DNA of 64,000 nucleotides from Octopus sinensis (Eukaryota): NCBI RefSeq assembly GCF_006345805.1, contig NC_043011.1, positions 59,222,464 to 59,286,463 of the forward strand, read 5' to 3'. Shown piece by piece: positions 1 to 13,675 of this stretch (position 1 is its first letter; each line of letters starts with the position of its first letter). The notes under the pieces were generated by a model. It saw only the letters and a program-made list of their open reading frames with translations, ran no database searches and was not told where the DNA came from. The position numbers and the translations under genes were made by a program.

Positions 1-305
1 GGATAGCGTCAAAGATCCCAGCAATGCCATCGCGCTGCAGGACCAGTTACTGCAATAACCTGGGTTTCAGCGACCCACACCTTTTTAATATTCTCCCAAA
101 CAGCTTGAAGAACATATACAAAGCGGATGTATGTATTTTCAAATCGAAACTGGATTTCCTCCTGTCGAGAGTCCCAGATGAACCTATCTCACGGCAGGAG
201 GTGCATCAATATTTCTTATTCCCAAAATGCTACATGTTAGAGGAGTCTCTCAATAATGATAGCATGCCCTAGCATGGCCGCAGCTTTGAGTTAAAACTAC
301 AAAAT
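1..305 (+). mobile_element. 3' end of a LINE (ORF2 C-terminus plus tail), degenerate
   Basis: ORF 24..272 reads LFNILPNSLKNI...FKSKLDFLLSRVPDEP, typical of the end of CR1/L2/Jockey-group ORF2. The tail GCCCTAGCATGGCCGCAG resembles the tail of SINE family B. Clade not resolved. Confidence 0.7.
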
Positions 306-555
306 AATCTTCTGTCTATAATGCATCTAAACATAAATCAACTCCTTCAGGGCCGGTTTGAGCCAACCACAAAAAGGGGTTTATTTCTATAAACATAATC
401 AGTTCAAACTTCCACAAATTTCAGCAAAGTTTTCCCTCTAATGACAAGCTGCGGTTTGCACAATACTTGGAGGACATATCGTCCACTATGAGAGGATATA
501 CTAAAGCTAAATATGCCTAGGAAGAACCCTTCAGGATTTAGAGTTTTGGAGACAT

Positions 556-658
556 AATAATAATAATAATAATTATGACGATGATGATGATGATAATAAT
601 AATAATAATGATAATAATAATAATAATAATAATATAATAATAATAATAATAATAATAA
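556..658. repeat. (TAA)n microsatellite with TGA variants
   Basis: Seen directly; forms the 5' flank of the R4/Dong-like element. Confidence 0.95.
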
Positions 659-1494
659 CTGCACTAAACTAAACGCAAAAGAAATAGACAAAGAAAAATC
701 CCAGCAATGGTTGAGAAGCTCAGGACTCAAAGCAGAAACAGAGGGATTTTTAATTGCAGCACAAGACCAAAGCTTCCCCACCAGAAATTACCAAAAACAT
801 GTAATGAAAAGAAATATTACAAGTAACTGCAGAATATGTGGAGATGGACAAGAAACAATAAATCTTATTATCTCTAGCTGCCCAGTCCTGGCTAAGAAGG
901 AATATATTCGCAGACATGACAGAGTTGGAACCTACATACATTGGAAGCTATGCCAACATTATGGAATAACAACAGAAAAAAGATGGTATAGGCACACACC
1001 AGAAAAGGTCACAGAAAACGAGAAAGCAACCATACTCTGGGATATGCCGATACACACAGATAGAGAAATTAAGGCCAACAGACCAGATATAGTTGTCAGA
1101 GATCATGAAGAAAAAAAATGCTTTCTAATTGATGTATCAATACCGGCAGATGATAACGTGTCTCTAAAAGAAATGGAGAAACTCTCAAAATACAAAGACC
1201 TGGAAATAGAGGTAACTAGAATGTGGAACCTGAAAACAGAAACAATTCCTATCATAGTAGGTGCATTAGGCATGATAAAAAAATATTCAGACAAATACAT
1301 AACAAAAACACCAGGACTTACAAACACATATAACATACAGAAAATTGCACTACTAGGCACTGCACACATCCTACGCAGAACACTTTCCATACAATAACCA
1401 TCAGAGCATCACAACAAATCACAGCAAATACCCAAGGCACACAGAGCTGCGCTCGGTAGTGAAGTGAAAGCACGCTATAAAAATAAAACTACTG
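659..1494 (+). mobile_element. 5'-truncated R4/Dong-like non-LTR retrotransposon (restriction-like endonuclease) in a TAA array
   Basis: Frame open 659..1397 with zinc-knuckle region CRICGDGQETINLIISSC (His position appears mutated), RHD motif, RPDIV and LIDV catalytic motifs, KLSKY, and GTAHILRRTL terminus; about 97-bp 3' UTR, then (TAA)n. Confidence 0.9.
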
Positions 1495-1529
1495 AATAAT
1501 AATAATAATAAATAATAATAATAATAATG

Positions 1530-1751
1530 GCAACCATACTCTGGGATATGCCAATACACACAGATAGAGAAATTAAGGCCAACAGGCCCGATATAGTTAT
1601 TAGAGATCATGAAGAAAAAAATACTTTCTAATTGATGTATCAATACCAGCAGATGACAACAACGTGTCTCTAAATGAAATGGAGAAACTTTCAAAATACA
1701 AAGACCTGGAAATAGAGGTAACTAGAATGTGGAATTTAAAAACAGAAACAA
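1530..1751 (+). mobile_element. Second, frameshifted internal fragment of the same R4/Dong-like element
   Basis: Near-identical to about 1026..1246, with small indels; starts right after (TAA)n. Confidence 0.9.
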
Positions 1752-1878
1752 TCACACTTACATCGACAATTTGATCCCAATCGCGGACCTTGAATGCATC
1801 CAGGACCTCAAGGTAGTGACTTGGACCAGGAAGTGCGACGATTAGATTTTGTTGCTGCGGGCCGCGTTCGAACGCACT
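1752..1878 (+). mobile_element. Probable 3' UTR of another TAA-targeting retroelement family
   Basis: GC-rich 125 bp ending directly in (TAA)n; AGGACCTC..GGT..GACTTGG resembles the 3' UTR motif of the element at 17873..18165. Inference. Confidence 0.4.
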
Positions 1879-1894
1879 AATAGTAATAATAATA

Positions 1895-1927
<33 letters not shown>

Positions 1928-2178
1928 ATAATAATAATAATAATAACAATAACAATAATAACAATAATAATAATAACAATAATAATAATAATAATAATAA
2001 CAATAATAACAATAATAATAATAGTAATAATAATAATAATGATGATGATGATGATGATGATAATAATGTTGATGATGATGATAATAATGATGATGATGAT
2101 AATAATGATGATGATGATAATGATGATAATAATAATAATAATAATATTAATAATGATAATAATAATAATAATAATAAC

Positions 2179-2224
<46 letters not shown>
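1878..2224. repeat. Compound (TAA/CAA/TGA)n microsatellite
   Basis: Seen directly. Confidence 0.97.
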
Positions 2225-2227
<3 letters not shown>

Positions 2228-3135
2228 TTTCCTTAAAATTAAATTCCGTCTTCTTGTAAGAAAAGAGCATTTTGGGCCAAGACGTTGGAGGCGAACCGTG
2301 TTTGAATATAAGCGTTCGTAGCCATGATTGAATTACTTCGATTATAGACTTGTTCTATCAGAGACAAAGTACTATACTAGTCAGCCAACATGAATCTGTG
2401 TTACTGGAGAAGCCGAAACATCTAACTTTAACACATGGTAATCCATGACGAGGTTGAGTTCGACTTTTATCTTCTCCGGGACTGGAATTCGAAAAGTAAA
2501 TTGCTAGACAAGTCGTAAAGACATTAATTCCCTCTTCTTTTCTCTCTCCATCTCCTATATTGATGAAGGTCAAGAAAATAATGATTATATCAAGGGCCCT
2601 CAGTATCATTTTCCTACCATCCAGTAGCCCGCACCCCTTTACAAGAACAAACTTTGATATCCATACACGTGGTATATCTTGTTTTATAACTTGAATATTT
2701 CTATTCATTTTATAGTAAGACGGTGATTTCAACTATTTTCAACAGTATTTATCGTCTGAAGCATTCACTGCCAATATGTTTACTAACGTTCCTTCTGACC
2801 TGACAAGTTCACTGTTTATCAAATACGAACGAAAATTATAGATTTGTTAAACTGAATATCATACATTGTATAATTGCATTAAGCCTACTAATTAGGAGGC
2901 AATATTTCCTAGTGTGTAATGTGTGAATTCTCCTTTAATGGAAAATCATAGCAGAGTTTACGAGCGTAGATATATAATTTTTATTGTATGGAAATTCATC
3001 TCATTTTGGCTGGAAGATAAATTTTAGTTAAATGCATAAATATGGAGCAAACACGATTGTTTCTCCATAATAGTTCACAATTCTACTTAAGTATCAATGC
3101 ATGCTTTTTATAGAAAGGATATTTCAACATAGCAA

Positions 3136-3478
3136 TTAATATTCTTTTATACTTTCTCTCTTTTCTCCCCTAATAGTCCGTTTATAAGTTTTGTTTCGTT
3201 TGTATGTTTCTTGACAGACGATAAGCGACAGACAACACGATTTTATAGTTTTTGCTTCATTGCATCGATGTATTTCGTTTCCGATTCTGAGTGTTGCCAA
3301 TGAAACCTTAGTTGATAAAATAACAACTAAAAATATATATTGTATCCATTTAATCAACCATATTCCTGAAATATTAGTCTTTTGCTACGTCAAAAAGCAA
3401 TTAACATTTATATTTCTGCCAAAGAAATACTATTGACCAATGGATAAAGAGAAATACCAGTAATTTACCTGTGGTCAT
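3136..3478 (-). CDS. Candidate two-exon 79-aa secreted cysteine-containing peptide (exons 3478..3469 and 3365..3136)
   Basis: ATGACCACAG|GTAAAT, 103-nt intron, CTAATATTTCAG|GA join in frame to MTTGIWLIKWIQYIFLVVILSTKVSLA-TLRIGNEIHRCNEAKTIKSCCLSLIVCQETYKR...; signal-peptide-like start, 4 Cys, three KR sites. No homologue recognised. Confidence 0.3.
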
Positions 3479-3828
3479 TTAATCGACTGTATGTTAGTTG
3501 TCGTGCCAAGACAAAAAGCAATTATTGTAATATTTTCACGAGAACAATTTCTATTCATCGATAGGTCGATATGCATTCAATATGTCGACTGATTATTAGA
3601 ATTTGGGAGAAAAAAGACGAAAAGAAATAAAATGTCATAAAAAGATATTAAATAACTAGAGTGGCTTTTATTTTTCTCTCTTCATTATAGCAATGTATTT
3701 GAGTCAACACCGACCAAAGATATGGTGCTATCTCTTCCCAACCAATATTCATTTAATGGTGAAAAATAGCTTTTCATTCATTTCTAAGAGATAATGTTTT
3801 CACTACAATATATAACCATAATGCAGTG

Positions 3829-3860
<32 letters not shown>

Positions 3861-4476
3861 AATATATTAATAAATTCACATCTAAAGTGTCTAATATAAA
3901 TGTTATTAAACATTATTCTCATAATAAACATTGATTTTAGATGGAAAAACAGCATTAAGCCAACAAATAAGGCTTCAACCAAATATATACACACATATAT
4001 TACATTCATTGTGTGTTGGGCGATTACATTGCCAATACAACGAAAGTGATTTGCATACAATTATTTCTCTAATTATAAATAGTTTTGATTTTGATTTCAA
4101 AGGAATTTGACATTTCCACAGTATCTGCTTCTGTGAATTTTGTGAAAATTTATCCGTGAGGCAAAAGTCGAGATTTTGGGGGAAAAAAAAATGAGCGACG
4201 TAATTACGTAAGACGTAATTTCAAAGAGTTGTTTAATTAATAACTCGCTCAAATGCCGACAGATTTTCATCGCCACCGATTGAAATATTCTTGTTATACA
4301 CAGATTATTGTACACGTGAAACGTAAAATTTCTATCACCTGTATATATGAGTGTGTGTGTGTGCATGTATGAGTTTTTGTGTGCGTTTGTATATGTGTGT
4401 GCAATTATGTACGTGTATTTATAAAAAATAATTTAATACATGTACAAGTTACATATATATATATATTTACTTGTAC

Positions 4477-4541
<65 letters not shown>

Positions 4542-5103
4542 TGTTCTTCGGGAAAGTATGAATCTTGAAACAGACAAAGCCGTAGTATATAAGCAGGTAA
4601 ATATTTGGAAAGAAAAAAAAATCGTCGCCGTGAGAATCGAGACTACATTTGTAGGATTTTTGCTATTGCTTCAAGGAGGTGCTGATTCCAATGCCGTGGT
4701 TTTCATCTACGCAGACCGTTTCTGAGCCCTATAGAGAATACTATTTAATACTTTATCTGTTTTGAGATTTACATTTACAGGAAGGAGTTCTTTCATGTTT
4801 TGGAAGTTTCTATATTCTTATGATGTCATCAAGTTGACCACATGGTGGGTAATCATGTCACATCTCACTTTTTCATTCGGTAAACCTGATGAGTTGAGAG
4901 CCACATAACATATTACATCAATAAGATGATGCACACTGCATTACGTTAACGTCACACGATATACTTTCTACCGAAACATTTGAAACTGTACTAGGAAACC
5001 CTATTTCTCTACTTTCGTCACACACGCACACACATACAAACACACAAGCACACACATATATATGCGCACATGCATACATACATATGTATATAATGCAGTC
5101 GTA

Positions 5104-5165
<62 letters not shown>

Positions 5166-5274
5166 GAATCGCAGCATTGGTTGTGATTAGAAAGTTCTTT
5201 TTGTAATTACGTGATTTTCGCTTCAGCCCACGATGCAACTTAAGCAGATGTCCTGCACTATAGCTACACACCAT

Positions 5275-5328
<54 letters not shown>

Positions 5329-5625
5329 ATGTATAATTATTTCTTGGAGATTTTAGGTATAATTATACTAATGTGTCCATCTGTTCATTTTTAATTAAAT
5401 TCTATATCTTTGTGCAGCTGCAGGTTGCTCTGCATTTTAAATTGATGTAATGATTGAATTGTTCAATTAAATGGAGTTGCCTCAAACGACCGTACTGCAT
5501 TACCTCTGGATATGCTTGTTGCTTATTTTGATTGTAATCACCTTCCTTTGAAATTATATGGATAATACCGTACTAAATTCCGGTGCCTCAACTTAAGTAC
5601 CATATTCATCTGAATCTATCTATCT

Positions 5626-5657
<32 letters not shown>

Positions 5658-5667
5658 TATATATATA

Positions 5668-5720
<53 letters not shown>

Positions 5721-6033
5721 TGTGTGTGTGTGTGTGTTCATATATAAACATATGAAATAAGAGTGTGTGCTTGTGTATATGTGTTTCTGTAGTATTTGGT
5801 ATCCCTATCATCACAGCCTGACAAATCCCCGCCCGTTTGATTACAACTCCGTAACTTACTGGTTAGGCAAACGCGAGTGATATAAGAAATATCGCAGTTA
5901 AAAGATCGATTTGTTTGACTAAGCCTTTTCAGTCGGAGTCCCTACACGATATCACAACACAGTGACTGATAGAAATATGGGAAAAAACTGCAGTTACCAA
6001 TATTTTCTTGCCGGGTTCCTTCAAGATACCCCA

Positions 6034-6121
6034 GAACGCGGCGATGAAGTGCGCCGACTGCACGCGCACGGGCGAATAGGGCTGGTACTGTGGAGGGATT
6101 ACCGAAGGGGACAAAGAAGAA
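6034..6121. other. CpG-rich element, copy A (paralogue of 9642..9750)
   Basis: Shares GCGATGA.GT.GCGC and CGCACGGGCGAATAGGGC...CGAAG.GGACAAAGAAGA with copy B. Confidence 0.8.
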
Positions 6122-6374
6122 AAATAAATAACTTCAGACGAAGAGTAAACTGATTTAGCCTAGGATGGCTACACGAAGCCTCCATACACACAAACGTGGA
6201 CACATGCACTCAAACACACACTCGGAGACATGCACTCAAACACACAAACACACATACACACACACACATCACCTTATACATTTACTTGAGCCGCAGCTTT
6301 CACTCACTTCCACACATATATACAAGAATACGCGCACACATACATATATGCATACACGTATCGATGCATGGATG

Positions 6375-6440
6375 CATACACACATACATATATACATACA
6401 TCCATACTTACGTACATACATACATACACACATACATACA

Positions 6441-6502
<62 letters not shown>

Positions 6503-6655
6503 CATACATACATACATACATATATACATACATATATACATACATACATATATACATACATACATACATATATACATACATACATACATACATATATACA
6601 TACATACATACATACATACATACATACATACATGTACCCATACATACACACATAC
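6375..6655. repeat. (TACA)n microsatellite
   Basis: Seen directly. Confidence 0.95.
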
Positions 6656-9106
6656 GCACGTACGTACGCTCATAAGAGCACAGGCGTAAAATTACACTCC
6701 TAGAATTCGATAGCGATGCCATTAAACGAGCACTATTTAAGAATTTAACATTTTATATTCTATTCCAGCAATTCCCAAATATTGACATTTTATTGCTTGA
6801 CATATTCTAGCCGTGATTCTATTTGTAAAGCTTCGTTTAAGATAATTAGTCAGTGAATTATGGAAGAAACGCAATTAATATCAAACTGAGATTACTAAAA
6901 TTATATGTCCATATAAAGAAACATGAATAAATCCATAAAAATCCAACAACTCAATTCGATAACTGAATAGAATTTGCTGAATGGAATTCTGCCAGATTGG
7001 TGCCTGAGAATCTCCAACCAATGAAATCCTTTCGTAATGTTATAAGAGTCAAGGGAATGAATGTTTGCGATGAGATTCAGAAGCGAATGAAAAATATTTC
7101 TAAACAGTGTTCATTTCTACACGGCCATTGAAACTAGCTTCAACACGCACTATTTAACAGAGTTTGTTTGCAGCTAAAGAGAAAGCAACTAAGCAAACAA
7201 AGGGATAAAACGACTAAAGTAGTATAGATTTGGTGAACGATGATTAGAAAATATGCCAAGTCAAATTTTCTTTAACACACAATTGTCCACATGAAAAACA
7301 CAGTCGGACGGTTTTCATTAATCTTCATGCATATGCAAACGTGATAAAGACGACGTGGGTAAAAGAAAAATAATAAAAACTAACAAATAGAAATAGTCTG
7401 TGAACCTGAGAACCGATGATAATGGTTTCCTATTGCGACGAAATAACAAAGTCAGAACTTAGCGTCGAATTCGGTAATATCAAGCGGAGAAAAATTATAT
7501 CCCCCCTTTGGGTTCATAGAATTTGAGTGTATTTTATGGTGCTTCTAATAGAATTGGTTGGAACAGAATTGTGGTAAGAATCTTACCATTATTGAAACGG
7601 ATCTTTAGCAAAGCATCAACTTAGCTCAACGCTTATAAATATGTGTGCATATATTTGCGCATGCGTGCGAATATACATGCGTGCATATAAATATATATAT
7701 ATATATATGTCCTTACTTTCTGTCCATCATCCCACTACCAAGTATGACATCACCCCATCCTTCCTTACTGACTTATCTCCCCTTCCTTTCTCATTCATAA
7801 AAACAAAAGTATTATTATAGTAGATTATCTCGGTAACCATGGACGCTATGAAGAAATACAAAGCTCAGTATCACCACCGGATCATTTTACATATCTTTGT
7901 AGAATGATCTTGCAATTCCACCCAGCCGTTGGATCGTGAATCCCAAGACAAAAAATAATCGTCCATATATATATATATGTTTAGGTATATATATATATAT
8001 ATACATGAGTGAATATAGGTTTCAGTGTGTCTCTTTGTGAATGTGTATGCGAGTGCTTTAGTATCTGTGTTGGTATTTTCGCGTCCTCCGTAACTTAGGG
8101 ATTCGGCAAAACTGACCGAATGAATAACTACCAGCCTTAATACACTGTCGTTGAAGTGTACGAGTAAACCTTTCAACATGGTGCTCCAGCATGGCCGCAA
8201 TCCAATTACTGAAGATAAAAGGACTAAATGTATGCTTGCGACGACAAGCTGTTCAGGCTGGAAGGGATTTTGTTCAGATGTATTCCCAGTCAAGGCCTGC
8301 CTAGGGCTAAACAACATTACTAACACAGCGAATAAGTGACGCAGCTTATATATCATTAGAAGACATATTTCATATTTGAAATCCTTATATTCCCGTGAAA
8401 CACAAATGTGTTGGTCACTGAATATGGATCAGAGACTGAATAATTGATTGCTGTATGAATAATTGTCCGTTCCCAACCATTGTTTGAAGCTATATAACAT
8501 CAATTTAACGTATTTGATATTCTTCTTTCTTGACACGTTCTCCATTTTGATTCAAGGCAAATATACATTTTTTCGCAAACGACGCTATATATTTTCCAAA
8601 CGACTCACACGCGTCATTCATTTTATGGTCTTTTATTTCCCAAAGTAATTTTTAAAAAAACTAAACAAAATTGATGCGATGTAGCCTGTCGCTTGCTCAT
8701 TATTCTGGAAGCGACCATTTTTCTGTTGTTGCTATCACTGTTGTAATTCTGTATTTCTGGAATTATTCCTTTGATCATATTTGTTACTAAAACCCATATT
8801 TCAATTTTTTTTATATAATTTTAACCATAGTAACTGCTTATATTTTATTGGATATATTTCATTCAGTCAAAACTGGCTGTGTAAGCCATGTTTTCATAAT
8901 GACCAGGGAATTCTTTGTATCGTGGTGCTATCAGCTCGAAGATATTTTTCAAATGGCCCAGCATAGCTTTCGTATGAGCTACGAATGTTTCCTTAACTAA
9001 TCTGAATTGAAATCATTCAACAGCTGTCACGTAGATTCGAATAAAAAAAAACCCATAAAATTTCAAGCATGCACACACACACACACACACACACACCACA
9101 CACACA

Positions 9107-9196
<90 letters not shown>

Positions 9197-9200
9197 ATAA

Positions 9201-9428
9201 GGCGAGCTGGCAGAAACGTTAGCACGCCGGGCGAAATGCGTAGCCGTATTTCGTCTGCCGTTACGTTCTAGGTTCAAATTCCGCCGAGGTCGACTTTGCC
9301 TGTCATCCTTTCGGGGTCGATAAATTAAGTATCAGTTACGCACTGGGGTCGATGTAATCAACTTAATCCGTTTGTCTGTCCTTGTTTGTCTCCTCTGTGT
9401 TTAGCCCCTTGTGGGTAGTAAAGAAATA
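9201..9428 (+). mobile_element. tRNA-derived SINE family A, full-length monomer
   Basis: A-box-like TGGCAGAAACGTT, B-box GGTTCAAATTCC, central GCCT.TCATCCTTTCGGGGTCGATAAATTAAGTA resembling the Deu/Nin SINE domain; more than 20 related copies in the window. Confidence 0.9.
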
Positions 9429-9459
9429 TATATATATATATATGTGTGTGTGTGTTTCG

Positions 9460-9830
9460 AAGTGAACATAACGGCCGTCTCAGACACTCAACAGACACTT
9501 CACTCCGAGGAACTGTGCCAGCCGAAAAGACAGGCAAATTGACGCGAAACCGGAACCTGGATGGTTCTCAACGACAGCTTAACTGCTCGCGTCCGATTCA
9601 CCTGCACGACAGATTATTGAGTCCGCGTGACAAGGCAAGGCAACGCAGCTGACGCGATGATGTTGCGCACAGATCTGTGCCGCCAGACGGCATACGCACG
9701 GGCGAATAGGGCCGGAAGTGTCGAGGTATTATCGAAGAGGACAAAGAAGATTTGGCACAAATAGCAACAAAAGAATGAAAGACAGGGCGATGCACCGCAT
9801 GAGACGTTACAAAGAGCAGAGAGAAATTCG
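9460..9830. promoter_or_regulatory. CpG-rich island with promoter-like motifs, containing copy B (9642..9750)
   Basis: High CpG density against an AT-rich background; ETS-type CCGGAAGTG at 9712..9720; TGACG half-sites near 9540 and 9650; minus-strand donor CAG|GTGAAT at 9602/9601. Function inferred only. Confidence 0.35.
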
Positions 9831-11557
9831 AAAACTTATTGGACAAAATACTGTCTGTTTGTCCCTCTTTTCTTCCCCTCTTTCATTTTGTGGGGGGGGG
9901 GGTCGAGCGTGCATGTGTGTGTTTGTGTCTGGATCTCTGTATGTATGTGTGTTTAGTAGCAGCAATGCCAGTTATTAAAATATAATTTATATTTGTGTTA
10001 TCTTTCTTTCTTCGATGTTTTTTTTTTATTTACTTCTAATAGAAGTGCTATATACTACACATATTTCGCCAAACCCGATCACCACGAACGAGGCAACACT
10101 CCAAAGACTTCGATGCACCTCAGCTACAGAATTCATTGAAATTTTCGCATGCACGCTTCAAAGCAGCACGATGGATGTTGCAGTTGAAGATAAAACAATG
10201 GCTTCGAACGAGAGTTGAGACGATCGTGGTTTGAATGTCTTTATTCACAAGTCTGCTAGGTCGACGTGAACATGAGAATTTTAAGCAGCAATAACAACAA
10301 CTGCAACATCACAAAATAAAATGTTAGAACAACACAACACCATATAAATATCAGCGTATAATTCAACTTTTTGTTTCTCATAACATTTCATTTATTTTAA
10401 ATTTCTTTCCTTGTCGTTCTTTTATTTTTAACGTGATCAATTTTCTTCATTGCTATAAGCGAACTAAAGAAATTACATACATCCGATGTAACATTATTTT
10501 CTTTCCCAATTCTTTCCATTTTTATTATTGTTTCTTTTTAACCTTTCAAATATATAGTTTCGTACAAACATTTGGAGTATTATGTAATTGTAATATCATT
10601 TTCTCCTTTTCTAATTCTACCCTATTTACGTTAAACAGACGTTGTTAATTTTATGATCAAATCGCTCACAGCTGCTGTGTTTGTTTTGTTTTTGCTTCTG
10701 ATTTAAGTAAAGTTTATTTATAACTTTGAGTTTTCGGACAACAGTAAAAGTTGTTCCAGCGTTTCAAGTTTTAATGGTATAGTGTTAAAAATACTAAATT
10801 AATTCTTATGTTGATTTCGTATTTATTTAATCGTTTTTCAATATAAATATTACGAATAAGTAAAATTTAGGTCCCATTGTTCATTAAAACAACAAAGAAT
10901 GTATGTAAACCGTTTTCGTGTTCACAGAGTGTATCTGGGACATGTCAAACTGACTGATAAAGTTCTTCAAATTGCACATGTACCCCATGGGGATATTTGA
11001 CTACTGTATACCAAGGTCACGATCACAAGTTATACAAGTCTCTGTGAGAGAGGCGAATTTTTATTTCCAGAAGATAAATATCTACAAACCTGATAGGCTT
11101 TTATTTAGGTTTGTTGAGAGGGGGAAGCGCAATGTCAATATCGCTCGAATTACTTTCCTCAGAACCTCAATAAATGGTAGAAGAAAAAGGGAAAAGCAAC
11201 CACCAATGTGTATTTATCTTTAAATTCAAGACCTTTTGCGAATTCTTCCAACAAAGCTGGCTTCATTAAAGATAATCAAGAATGACGCTTCACTTGTTAA
11301 AATGAACGACGGGGTTTGTGTCCCTATCAAGTGCAGAGAAGAATTCTTTGGAAATAGTTTCCTCACAGATGTAGAGCTGATCTCGAGTTATATTAGTTTC
11401 GCTGCACGGAGATGGAATTAGAATTACATGCTTGCAAAGAGACGTACCGAAAAAATGCCATGTGTCCGCTCTAAGGTTTAATCATCATTACGAGGGAAAC
11501 GCGTCTTGGTCGTGGATATAAAGTTTTGTTGACTACAATAATAGTCTCTTTCTTGTA

Positions 11558-11770
11558 AGGCAGCGAGCTGGCAGAAACGCCGGGTGGAAATGCTTAGCAG
11601 TATTTCGTCTGTCTTTAAGTTCTGAGGTCAAATTCCACCGAAATCGACTTTGCCTTTCATCCTTTCAGGGTCGATAAATTAAGTACCAGTTGCGTACTAG
11701 TGTCGATCTAATCGCCTGGTCCCCTTCCCCAAAATGTCAGGCCTTGTGCCAAGAGTAGAAAAGAATATTT
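11558..11770 (+). mobile_element. SINE family A (alternative tail) with 11-bp target-site duplication
   Basis: TCTTTCTTGTA at 11547..11557 and 11771..11781. Confidence 0.9.
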
Positions 11771-12643
11771 TCTTTCTTGTAGATTTTACGGCCGTCAGTA
11801 CAACAATCAACTTGTAGTACATAAGTTATTTGGGAGAAAAAGGAGAACAGGAGGGAAATAAAAGGTTAAAATAATAGATTCAAGACAGCATGGGGAAGAG
11901 CCAATTAATATTTATAACTCCAATACTTGATTGATACTTTGTTTCATCAACCCTTGAGAAGAAGGAGAAGAAGAGCGATGTTGAATTCGGCGGCATTTGA
12001 ACTCGAAACGTAAAAAAGAAAACTAACGCAAGAATTATAACATGGCATTTTGTTCGAAACCCGAAGAAGGAATATAACCGTTTCCCCTTTACATTTTCAT
12101 CTTTCATTCTCCTCTTTCTTATTATCAACATTGATTTCTAACATTAGCAAAGCCATGTATGTTTCTGTGGATGGAGACTGTATTCGATTAGATCGACGCC
12201 ATTGCTTGAAACGAACAGCGAAGGATCAAAGGCAAAGTCGATCTCGAGGTCATCACAAATGATCTAAAAAGTTAAAGAGAAAGCGGAGGTCGTAGCCAAT
12301 TGGGGCAGAGCAGTTAATTACGAAGCGAGCACATATTTTTAAGATCATTTCATTTCAACACAGCATGTCGTCGTCTGATGCTCTAATAATTCTAACTGAA
12401 CACCACACTTCTCGTTATAAACATTGACTGGCGTCGTCCTTGCAAATTCCAATGTTATTAAGATGTTTCGTTTGTGTATTTCGTTGCTTAAAATTATAGA
12501 TCCTTTGAAAGGAGTCGAGTCAGTTCAATCGGCCTATTGTAGTATCTATTAATTACAAAGTAGACTACAACAAGCTCTGAACTCAGAACAGAAACACATG
12601 TAACATAATAAAGCAGTTTAACCGGCGCAGATCTTTTTACTGA

Positions 12644-12870
12644 AGGCTGCGAGCTGGCAGAAACATTAGCACGCCGGGCGAAATGCTTAGTAGTATTTCG
12701 TCTGCCGCTACTGAGTTCAAATTCCGCCGAGGTCGACTTTGCATTTCATCCTTTCGGAGTCGATTAAATAAGTACCAGTTACGCACTGGAGTCGATATAA
12801 TCGACTTAATCCGTTTGTCTGTCCTTGTTTGTTCCCTCTGTGTGTAGCCCCTTGTGGGTAGTAAAGAAAT
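12644..12870 (+). mobile_element. SINE family A, full-length; a degenerate copy follows to about 13050
   Basis: Co-linear with 9201..9428. Confidence 0.9.
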
Positions 12871-13400
12871 GAGTAAGCTGGCACAAACATTTGCATGTCG
12901 GTCAAAATGGTTATTGGAATTTCTTCTGTCTTTTCACGTTCTTAGTTCAAATCCAGGCAAACTTTGTCTTTTATCCCTCCGGGTGGATAGAATAAGTACC
13001 AGTCAAGTAACAGAGTACACATTATAGACTTCACTTTCCTCTCAAAATTTCAGGATGTGAACCTTGTAAGGGAGCACTGCTCCGTTCAGGGGTAATGCTA
13101 AGACCTCTGGCACTTACACGTAATAGAAACCGGATAACAATCTTTATGAATCGCTTTTCTACCCGTAATTTCATTAACATTTATTTTTAAGTCTCGGTAC
13201 TCTCGTGATGGGATAAAACGATAGAGTACCTTATTACGCAAATTTCACTCCTTAGGTGCATGTTTTAAAGACTATCTGGGTTGCTTTTCCATAATGTTTT
13301 GTTTTGTTTTGTTTTTCTGAAGGTCTGTTCTCTAAACTACTTGCTAATTAAAGGTTAAAACGACTCGCATCCATCGATATCTGACGCCAAATATGAGGGG

Positions 13401-13675
13401 GACTCCGTCGGTTACGATGACGACCAACAGAACAGCTTGCTCGTGAAATTAACGTGTAATTGGTTGAGTACTCCACAGACACGTGTACCCCTAACCTAGT
13501 TTTCAGGGAGATTTAGCACGACACAGAGTGTGACAAAGTTGGCCCTTTGAAATACATGTACAACTCATTTTTGCCAGCTGAGTGGACTGGAGCAACGTAA
13601 AACAAAGTGTCTTACTCCAGGACACAACGCGTCGTCGGGAATTGAAATCAAGACCTTACAATCTCGAGTTGAATG
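13401..13675 (-). mobile_element. tRNA-derived SINE family C
   Basis: Reverse complement matches 20183..20500. Confidence 0.85.

Noticed and set aside
1842-2270. Poly-N, poly-L and poly-I ORFs
   Set aside because: Trinucleotide microsatellite.
6040-6090. HDV-like ribozyme or SECIS reading of GATGA...GGCGAATAGGG
   Set aside because: No P1/P2/P3 pseudoknot could be built, and there is no correctly spaced apical AA.
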